Part shown: positions 57,506 through 64,000 of the stretch, piece after piece
Layout: every line of letters begins with the position of its first letter
Position numbering within the stretch: position 1 is the first letter of the stretch
Origin: Oxynema sp. CENA135
GTDB lineage: Bacteria; Cyanobacteriota; Cyanobacteriia; Cyanobacteriales; Laspinemataceae
Direction: 5' to 3'
Length of the DNA stretch: 64,000 nt
Assembly: GCF_016632315.1 (NCBI RefSeq)
Contig: NZ_JAEOXH010000002.1
Location: 32,160 to 96,159, forward strand
Made by a program: the position numbers and the translations under genes
Notes under the pieces: model-generated
Told to the model about the DNA's origin: nothing
Databases searched by the model: none
What the model saw: the letters and a program-made list of their open reading frames with translations, nothing else

Positions 57506-57886
57506 CTAGGAAGCTCTCATAGGAACCGCGTGACATCCTCCCGACATTGTGGTCTGCAACACCTGAGAATGCACCTGACCCAGATGTGGGAATTGCTTCT
57601 TCGCTTTGGGCAGGTTGTTCTGCTGACGATGGTAAGACGGGAATGGTTCATCGGCAGGAATGGTGTATTCCTTTTCCAACGAGCATCGGTCTACCTGACA
57701 CTTACGCGAAGCAATCCAGTCTTTGAGTTCGCGCAAAGCGTAGTTATATACGCCTGGGCACGTCTCAAGCCACGACCGCAGTTCAGTCTGCCCGGTGGCG
57801 TCTGGATAGATTCGGTAGGTGTAGTTCATGGTCAGCATGACCGGAGTTGACCACAGGCTATAGCTGCTGATAAATGCTGGTCTCAT
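57506..57886 (-). pseudogene. truncated TnpB (IS605 OrfB-family) N-terminal fragment, abutting the IS5-family element
   Basis: MLTMNYTYRIYPDATGQTELRSWLETCPGVYNYALRELKDW matches the TnpB N-terminal HTH/WED region (compare tnpB at 10107, MLKAIKVRIYPTDEQ...). Only about 126 aa are retained and the RuvC and Zn-finger regions are absent. Confidence 0.6.
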
Positions 57887-58084
57887 ACCGATCGTAGGGC
57901 TTGGCCCTTCCCGCAGGGCGGGACTTATCGCTCCCCGAACCCTTCAAAAGTTAAATGAGCTGGTTGTTGCGACTCGAAGTATCCCGACGCCCACCTCAGT
58001 CTAAACAGCTCGAATCCGGTAGCCAGTGGGAAAAGATTTCTGGTGGGAGCTTCTCCCACCGTATGCTTGCATCGGTGTCGGGAA

Positions 58085-58227
58085 TACAGCACTTGGGCGT
58101 CTGATGAGGTACAGTACCGATCCTCCTATCCCCCCTTCGCCCCTCTTTCAAAGGGGGGTTGGGGGGATTTCGGGGGGAACGAGCAAAGTCCCCCTTTTTA
58201 AGGGGGATTGAGGGGGATCTAAATGTC
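58085..58227. repeat. MITE-like repeat element, copy C (diverged, about 143 bp)
   Basis: tacagcacttgggcgtctgatgaggtacag...ccccttttttaagggggattgagggggatctaaatgtc shares termini and G5/C5 palindromes with copies A and B. Confidence 0.7.
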
Positions 58228-58322
58228 TTGCATAGCAGAGGAAAATGCTGTAGGTCACCTCAAGTGACCCACTGAGGGTTGAGCCAACTCCTCAACAGTT
58301 CGATCGCCCAGGAGATTTCCGG

Positions 58323-59552
58323 TTAGCGCAACAGGAGTAAAACGGTTTGCAATAAACCGACCAGTGTCCCTAGAACCCCACCCAGATTGACGATCGCTTG
58401 CAGTTCGCTGCGGACGATCCCTTGTACGGCGGCTTCTAAATTTTCCGGCGAAGTGCCTTTAACGCGATCGACGATGACGCCATCGATGTTGAGAATCGGG
58501 ATGGCTTTGGCGACAATGGTTTCTAGATCTCTTTCTAAATAGCGTTCGAGAATTAAGGCTAATTCTTGGCTGACCAATCCCAAGGAGGTACTGACTACGG
58601 AGGACGCTTGCAGGCGTTTGAGGATTAAATTGGCGACATTTTCCCAATTGACCGAATCGCTCAATCCTTGCAACAGTTCGGCGCCGCGATCGCGGATGTA
58701 AGCGCGCACGGTATCGCGCATGGTTTTACGCAGTTGGCGAACGGTAGAAACGGGCAGATTTTGCAGGGAAATATTTAACAACCATTCTTGGAAGCGGTCG
58801 GACAGGGCTAAGGTCTCGATTAACTCGGCAATACGGGCGTTTGCTTGTTCTTTTTCGTCCAAACAAAAGGTTCGCAGGCGGGTTAAGGCGTTGCGCAAGC
58901 CGAATAAATTGGCAACGACCCAATAGGTGCCACTGGTTTTTTCTCGAAATCCTTCATCGATAATGGCGATGTTGCGATCGGTGAGGAAATCGACGAGGTT
59001 TTGACGGATGACATCCGGGGGAATGACCGCCGCGAGCAACCAATCGGAGAGTTGGCGTGCTTGGAGATCGGAGAGTTGAAATTCGAGTAAAACTTGGTCG
59101 AAAATTTGGTTGAGTTGTTCTTCGAGAAAGTCTTCCCGACGTGCGAGAACTTTGATCAGGCGGGGTAAAGATTCGCCGAGCAAATCGCGCAAAATTCCGG
59201 CGAGAATCTTGGCGGTTTTTTGTTCCGTATCCGATTTAAGCTGGTCGAGAGCGAGTTCGAGTAACCAGAGGATCGCCGATTGCATTCGTTCTGTCGCCAG
59301 CAGTCGTCGCGCCAGGTTTTGCAATTCTTCCGGGGTCAGCAACGATCCCATGATCGTATCGGCGACCCGTTGGGCGAGGCGTTCTTGATTGCGCGGGATC
59401 AAGCCGGGAGTGAAGGGAAGGCGACGCCCGCCGATGAAGATCGCCCGATAGGGACGAAAGAGCATGTTAATGGCGAGATCGTTGGTGAAATAGCCAATAA
59501 TGCCCCCCGCGATCGGCGGTAAAACGTAAGGCCATAGGGTTGCAACATCCAT
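58323..59552 (-). CDS. DUF445-family membrane protein
   Basis: N-terminal [16 protein letters not shown] motif typical of DUF445; 409 aa. Confidence 0.7.
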   Translation of the reverse strand: MDVATLWPYVLPPIAGGIIGYFTNDLAINMLFRPYRAIFIGGRRLPFTPGLIPRNQERLAQRVADTIMGSLLTPEELQNLARRLLATERMQSAILWLLELALDQLKSDTEQKTAKILAGILRDLLGESLPRLIKVLARREDFLEEQLNQIFDQVLLEFQLSDLQARQLSDWLLAAVIPPDVIRQNLVDFLTDRNIAIIDEGFREKTSGTYWVVANLFGLRNALTRLRTFCLDEKEQANARIAELIETLALSDRFQEWLLNISLQNLPVSTVRQLRKTMRDTVRAYIRDRGAELLQGLSDSVNWENVANLILKRLQASSVVSTSLGLVSQELALILERYLERDLETIVAKAIPILNIDGVIVDRVKGTSPENLEAAVQGIVRSELQAIVNLGGVLGTLVGLLQTVLLLLR

Positions 59553-59615
59553 CGGGATCCGGGATTGGGGTTGGGCAAGAGGAACGGCAAATCGGCGGGG
59601 TTCGGGTGGGTTGGG

Positions 59616-60521
59616 TTACAGGTGCGGATCGTGGGGTTTGGTGGCGCGTAAGATGCCCATCATCCCTCCGGCTAGGGTGTAATGGTTGGGGCGATCGAAT
59701 CCGGCTTGTCGGGCGAGGGCGACCTGTTCGGCGCCGACGGGAAAGCGATCTAAACTCGGACTGATGTAAGCGTATTCCTCGGTCAGTCCGAACTGACGGG
59801 CGATCGCGACGACGACGCGATCGAGATACCACTGTTGGAACTGTCGCATCCAGGGCTGTTCGCTGCGATGGAAGTCTAGGATCGCGACGGTGGCGCCCGG
59901 TTTGAGGACTCGGTGGAGTTCGCGCAAACATTGGGAAATGTCGGCGACGTTTCGCAAGCCGTATCCCATTGTAGCGGCGTCGAAGCTGTCGGGGTCAAAA
60001 GGGAGATGGAGGGCGTCGGCTTCGACCCAGGCGATCGCGGTCGGGCTGTTTTTGCAGCGATCGCGCGCGACTTGAAGCTGGATGGGGGAAAAATCGACGC
60101 CGAAGACCCGCCCCTCGGGACCGACTTCGCGGGCGAGGAGTCGGGCGAGATCCCCACTACCGCAACAAAGATCGAGGGCCGTATCTCCGGCTTTGACGCG
60201 ACTCGACGCGATCGCCATGCCTTTCCAGATCCAATGTTGGCCGAGACTGAGCCAGTCGTTGAGGGGATCGTAAACTGGGGCAATGCGGTTGAAGAGCTGT
60301 TGGACTTCGGGGTTGGAGACCTTACGCGATCCGCCTAACTCCTTCGGAGTCGCTTCGCTAACGGCGTCGCTACGCGAACGCGCGGTCGGGGTGGTAGATG
60401 CGGGAGAATTCAAGGGGTTCACGGATGGTAACGGGTACAAGTGAGGGCGATCGCCGCTTGTTGCACGCACAGGTGCAAGGTAGAGAGTTCGTCTTCGCGC
60501 AGGGTACACGGTCGCTTCCAC
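59616..60521 (-). CDS. menG: demethylmenaquinone/2-phytyl-1,4-naphthoquinone methyltransferase (UbiE/MenG family); true start probably internal, near 60320
   Basis: VQQLFNRIAPVYDPLND...LDLCCGSGDLA...ILDF SAM-methyltransferase motifs. The 5' 100 nt overlap the upstream regulator ORF, so the N-terminal extension is probably not translated. Confidence 0.8.
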   Translation of the reverse strand: MEATVYPARRRTLYLAPVRATSGDRPHLYPLPSVNPLNSPASTTPTARSRSDAVSEATPKELGGSRKVSNPEVQQLFNRIAPVYDPLNDWLSLGQHWIWKGMAIASSRVKAGDTALDLCCGSGDLARLLAREVGPEGRVFGVDFSPIQLQVARDRCKNSPTAIAWVEADALHLPFDPDSFDAATMGYGLRNVADISQCLRELHRVLKPGATVAILDFHRSEQPWMRQFQQWYLDRVVVAIARQFGLTEEYAYISPSLDRFPVGAEQVALARQAGFDRPNHYTLAGGMMGILRATKPHDPHL

Positions 60522-61366
60522 TGCAAGGACAGCAGGGCGATCGAGACCTCCCGGTATTTAATCGGGATGATTAAATGAGCCTGCACGTCGGATTTTTGAT
60601 AGTGGCCTAATTCCGCCAACTTGTCATCCGCAGGCACGTTGACGACGACCTGGATCGATCCGGTGGCGATCGCCTCTTTGACGAGGGGATCGTCCGCGAG
60701 CCAGTTTTCCGCTTCTCCTTCCCGAGCGTAAATCCCGTGAGCGCCAGCAATTTCGCTGCCTTCGAGCATCTGCACGATCGCGATATCCGCAGAAAAGTTC
60801 TCGCCAAAGGCACGGGCGATCGGTTCAAAACATTCGTCAAAACTCTGGGACTCTTGCGCCGAACGGACTAAGGTCATTAACAAGTTGGTTTGCGCTTGAG
60901 CCCGGCGCAACTCTTCCGTGCGCTGTTTGAGCAGTTCGTAAGTTTCTGCGGCCCGTTGCACGACCGCTTTGAGTTCGTTGGGGTCCCAGGGTTTTGTGAT
61001 ATATTTATAGACCTGTCCGGAGTTGATCGCTTCGACCAAATCCTCGATATCGGTAAATCCCGTCAGGATGATCCGAACCGTGTTGGGAAATTGGGGAACC
61101 GTTTTGCTTAAAAACTCCGTCCCTTTCATCTCGGGCATTCGCTGATCCGAGATGATTACGGCAACTTCTCCTTCTTGCGAGAGAATCTCTAAGGCACTGC
61201 CGCCGCTTTCCGCTTTGAGGACTTGAAATTCTCGCCGGAAGGTGCGGTAGAGCAAATCCAGATTGTCTGGTTCGTCGTCTACCACGAGCATTTTCGGTTT
61301 TTTTCGTCTCTCTAAGCTTTTCAACTGACTTCTGATGTTATCGAGTTCGGGGATTGCGTTATCCAT
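60419..61366 (-). CDS. response regulator with REC and GAF domains
   Basis: KMLVVDDEPDNLDLL...IISDQRMPEMKG...KYITKPW receiver, then a GAF-like C-terminal half. Confidence 0.8.
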   Translation of the reverse strand: MDNAIPELDNIRSQLKSLERRKKPKMLVVDDEPDNLDLLYRTFRREFQVLKAESGGSALEILSQEGEVAVIISDQRMPEMKGTEFLSKTVPQFPNTVRIILTGFTDIEDLVEAINSGQVYKYITKPWDPNELKAVVQRAAETYELLKQRTEELRRAQAQTNLLMTLVRSAQESQSFDECFEPIARAFGENFSADIAIVQMLEGSEIAGAHGIYAREGEAENWLADDPLVKEAIATGSIQVVVNVPADDKLAELGHYQKSDVQAHLIIPIKYREVSIALLSLQWKRPCTLREDELSTLHLCVQQAAIALTCTRYHP

Positions 61367-61739
61367 AACAATACAATAAACTCCTTATGCCCTAGAGAGC
61401 CGGACATTGCCCTCCATCAGCCCTCCTCAATAGTACCCAATCTCCGCTCGCGATCGGCACTGGGGGCGCGAACCCTCCTGATAGTTGGCCGCTTGCGCCG
61501 CGCGATCGCCCGTTCGCGGAGCATCTCCGTAGGAGAATCGCGCCGACACGTTTGTTTTGAAGGGGCGCAGTCCCCTCCATCCCGCCTCGCAGACTACGGG
61601 GCGATCGCTGCTGCTTCCTTCATCCCCACCGTTCCCTCAGCCGGATCCGGCGCGATCGCCCTACAATAAAGGTCAGAATAGGTCAGATCTTGCAGGTTCG
61701 ATCCTCCAAGTCCGATCTCCCCCGTCCCTTCTTTTTGCC

Positions 61740-63470
61740 ATGAGTCAGTTTCCCGACTTCACCGCCCACGGCTACCAGATTCAACGGGAATTAGGTCATA
61801 ATTTTGCCGGGGGGCGCGTCACCTATCTCGCCCGCGACCTCAAGGGCGATCGCTTCGTCACCCTCAAGCAATTTCAGTTTGCCCGCGCCACTGCCGAATG
61901 GTCCGCCTACCAAGCCCACGAACGCGAAATCGCCGTTTTGCAAGAACTCGACCATCCCGGAATTCCGCGCTACCTCGATTCGTTTGCGACCCCCTCCGGC
62001 TTCTGTCTGGTTCAAGAGTATAAACCTGCCCGTTCTTTAGCCGTTCCGCGCAGTTTCGACCCGGAACAGATCGAGCTGTTGATGGCGCGGTTGCTCGATA
62101 TTCTCGTGTATTTGCAACGGCGAGACCCTCCGGTGATTCACCGCGATATCAAGCCGGAAAATGTTTTAGTGGACGATCGCCTCGGGGTTTATTTGGTAGA
62201 CTTCGGTTTCGCTCGTTTTGGCATGGGCGAAGTCGCCATGAGCAGCATGGTTAAAGGAACCCTCGGTTTTATGCCGCCGGAGCAAATGTTAAATCGAGAG
62301 TTGACCCTCGCTTCCGATCTCTACGGCGTCGGGGCGACCTCGATCTGCTTGCTGACTCGAACCCCTTCGACGGCGATCGCCGATTTACTCGACGAGGATT
62401 ATCGCATTCAATTCGCCGATCGCCTCCCCGACGTTAGCGAATCTTGGCGCCAGTGGCTGGCGAAATTGGTCAAACCGAATCCGGGCGATCGCTTTCCCGA
62501 TGCCCTCAGCGCACGAAGTGCCCTCGAATCGATCTCGATCGTCCGTACTCCTCACGTACAACTCCAACCCGAGGCGTTGGCTTTAAGTGCGGACAAAATC
62601 GATCAAAAACTAAGTGCGATAATTTTGATTAAAAATACTATATCAAAAACCCAGTTAGTCGGACGCTGGCAAGTGAGGAGCCATCGGGGCGATACCCCCC
62701 TGTTGCCGACCGCATCCGGTGCTGCCCATCCCTGGATAACAATAACTCCCGAGGAAGTGTGCAGCAACCGGATCGAGTGTCAAATCGAGGTCGATACGGC
62801 CTTGTTGCAGGCAGGGCGGACTTACGAGCGCCTGTTAGTTCTGCACGGCAATGGCATTCCCGCCGAGATCGAGGTCTCGCTCTCGGTTCGTACCGCTCCG
62901 ATTCCCGCGATCGCGCGCCATTTTCCCTATACTTCTTTATTCAGTTTGTGGGCGATTTGTGTGATATCGGCGATCGTGGCTTTACCGACCGTTGCCAGCC
63001 CGATTGCGATCGCCCTCGGCGGTTTCGTCACCTGGGCCGGACTGTCGAAGCTGATGCAGTCAAAAGCCCTGTGGATGAGGTTTTTAGTCACCGCCGGGGC
63101 GACGGGTTGCCTCGCCGCGATCGCCGGATTTACCCTGGGAACTATTGCCGGAGCCACCGTAGCGGGAGCCTTTGCCACCGCGATCGCCCTCGCCTCGACC
63201 ATGGTCACCGGGGGCGCGCTGTTGTGGACCGCAACCCGAGTCAAGCGCGATTTCGGCGCCCGGTGGGCTGCCGGACTGTCCTTGCTCAGCGCCCTCTCGG
63301 GAATGGCTGTAGGAATCGGTCTAAAATGGGCCGCATGGCCGCCATTATTGCTACTCGGTATCGCCGTAACGACCCTCCCGGTGGTCGCCGTCGGTATCTC
63401 ACTTCCGATTGCCCGCGCCCTGCACCTCGCCCGTTATCGGCGATCGCAACAGCATTTGATCGGCTCGTGA
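61740..63470 (+). CDS. serine/threonine protein kinase with a C-terminal multi-TM region
   Basis: Start MSQFPDFTAHGYQIQRELG (the track ORF begins at 61557); catalytic loop HRDIKPENVLV, DFG motif, MPPEQ; 4-5 hydrophobic helices in the last 200 aa. Confidence 0.85.
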   Translation: MSQFPDFTAHGYQIQRELGHNFAGGRVTYLARDLKGDRFVTLKQFQFARATAEWSAYQAHEREIAVLQELDHPGIPRYLDSFATPSGFCLVQEYKPARSLAVPRSFDPEQIELLMARLLDILVYLQRRDPPVIHRDIKPENVLVDDRLGVYLVDFGFARFGMGEVAMSSMVKGTLGFMPPEQMLNRELTLASDLYGVGATSICLLTRTPSTAIADLLDEDYRIQFADRLPDVSESWRQWLAKLVKPNPGDRFPDALSARSALESISIVRTPHVQLQPEALALSADKIDQKLSAIILIKNTISKTQLVGRWQVRSHRGDTPLLPTASGAAHPWITITPEEVCSNRIECQIEVDTALLQAGRTYERLLVLHGNGIPAEIEVSLSVRTAPIPAIARHFPYTSLFSLWAICVISAIVALPTVASPIAIALGGFVTWAGLSKLMQSKALWMRFLVTAGATGCLAAIAGFTLGTIAGATVAGAFATAIALASTMVTGGALLWTATRVKRDFGARWAAGLSLLSALSGMAVGIGLKWAAWPPLLLLGIAVTTLPVVAVGISLPIARALHLARYRRSQQHLIGS

Positions 63471-63558
63471 GCGACTCCGTAGGACAAGCATCTTGCCCGC
63501 CAGAATTCCGGGTTCAAACGCCCTACTTCATTCCATTCATGTCCGCAACTGCAACACA

Positions 63559-64000
63559 TCAGACAAAACTCAACGAGTTGCTATCAAGGCTAAAATCAGT
63601 ATTTCCCAACAAAATCCCAATCAGTTCACCTCCATTTTCTGGCTGATAGAAAATCGCGGTTCCTGCAGGTAAACCTTCTGGGGATGGGGCAAGCAGATAA
63701 TCTGCCGAACTTCCCTGTAACTGGATTCGATCGACAGTGGCATCAAAATCGGCAACCAGCGAGTAGTCACCGTTTCCAGTCTCGGTATAGTAAGCCGTTG
63801 TTCGATCGCCCAAGACAAAAGTATCGGCACCTTCCCCACCCGTCAAACGATCGACCTCGCCGTTTCCGGGAGAGCCTGCATCGGGTTGAACCCCAATTAA
63901 AATATCGTTGTCATTGCCACCCAATAGCACGTCATTGCCAGCGCCACCCGTAATCGAATCCTTGCCTGGTTTTCCATCAAGCACATTGGCACCTGCATTG
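63559..64000 (-). CDS. RTX / haemolysin-type calcium-binding repeat protein, C-terminal part (N-terminus lies beyond window end)
   Basis: GGAGNDVLLGGNDNDILIG and GGEGADTFVLG nonapeptide repeats. The reading frame stays open past 63984 to the window edge. Confidence 0.7.
   Translation of the reverse strand, partial: NAGANVLDGKPGKDSITGGAGNDVLLGGNDNDILIGVQPDAGSPGNGEVDRLTGGEGADTFVLGDRTTAYYTETGNGDYSLVADFDATVDRIQLQGSSADYLLAPSPEGLPAGTAIFYQPENGGELIGILLGNTDFSLDSNSLSFV

Noticed and set aside
61690-61710. tRNA T-loop-like GGTTCGATCC motif
   Set aside because: Flanking sequence cannot form acceptor, D or anticodon stems and there is no CCA context. It lies in the kinase 5' region.

Overview
This window is cyanobacterial chromosome. 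The HIP1 octamer GCGATCGC occurs dozens of times and heptanucleotide tandem repeats are present. The content, including SLH-porin, pentapeptide-repeat and Uma2 genes, resembles filamentous Oscillatoriales or Leptolyngbya, though genus cannot be read from the sequence. About 60 genes are present, mostly housekeeping or environmental-response functions, and several items stand out.
- Major vault protein homolog: a full-length 889-aa protein collinear with eukaryotic MVP along its whole length. It sits in native HIP1-bearing DNA and is the strongest candidate for an unusual system.
- Phosphoketolase xfp: the gene is split into two ORFs exactly at a TAA-ATG junction. It lies upstream of acetate kinase with a MITE-like repeat between them, and a perfect 10-bp inverted repeat sits upstream of xfp.
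- TnpB-only IS200/IS605-family element: it is inserted between an atypical YegD-like Hsp70-family ATPase gene and a long coiled-coil protein gene, with LE/RE-like motifs and a candidate omega-RNA region.
- MITE-like repeats: a 110-145 bp element rich in G5/C5 palindromes occurs in three copies.
- Heptamer arrays: TCTAAAA/TTTTAGA tandem repeats occur at four loci in paired inverted orientation.
- IS elements: an IS5-family element with a frameshifted transposase abuts a truncated second TnpB element.
- TpsA-like exoprotein: a filamentous-haemagglutinin N-domain protein with no adjacent TpsB, preceded by an odd acidic FF-repeat Cys/His protein.
- Pseudaminic-acid-type sugar cluster: pseF, a pseG-pseH fusion and pseI.

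Other calls include a 1997-aa multi-PAS hybrid histidine kinase, transaldolase, galU, serA, prmA, trxA, fabG, moeA, cobO and menG. There are also response regulators, a Ser/Thr kinase, an SLH porin, pentapeptide-repeat proteins and a partial RTX protein. No tRNA, rRNA or CRISPR array was recognised.
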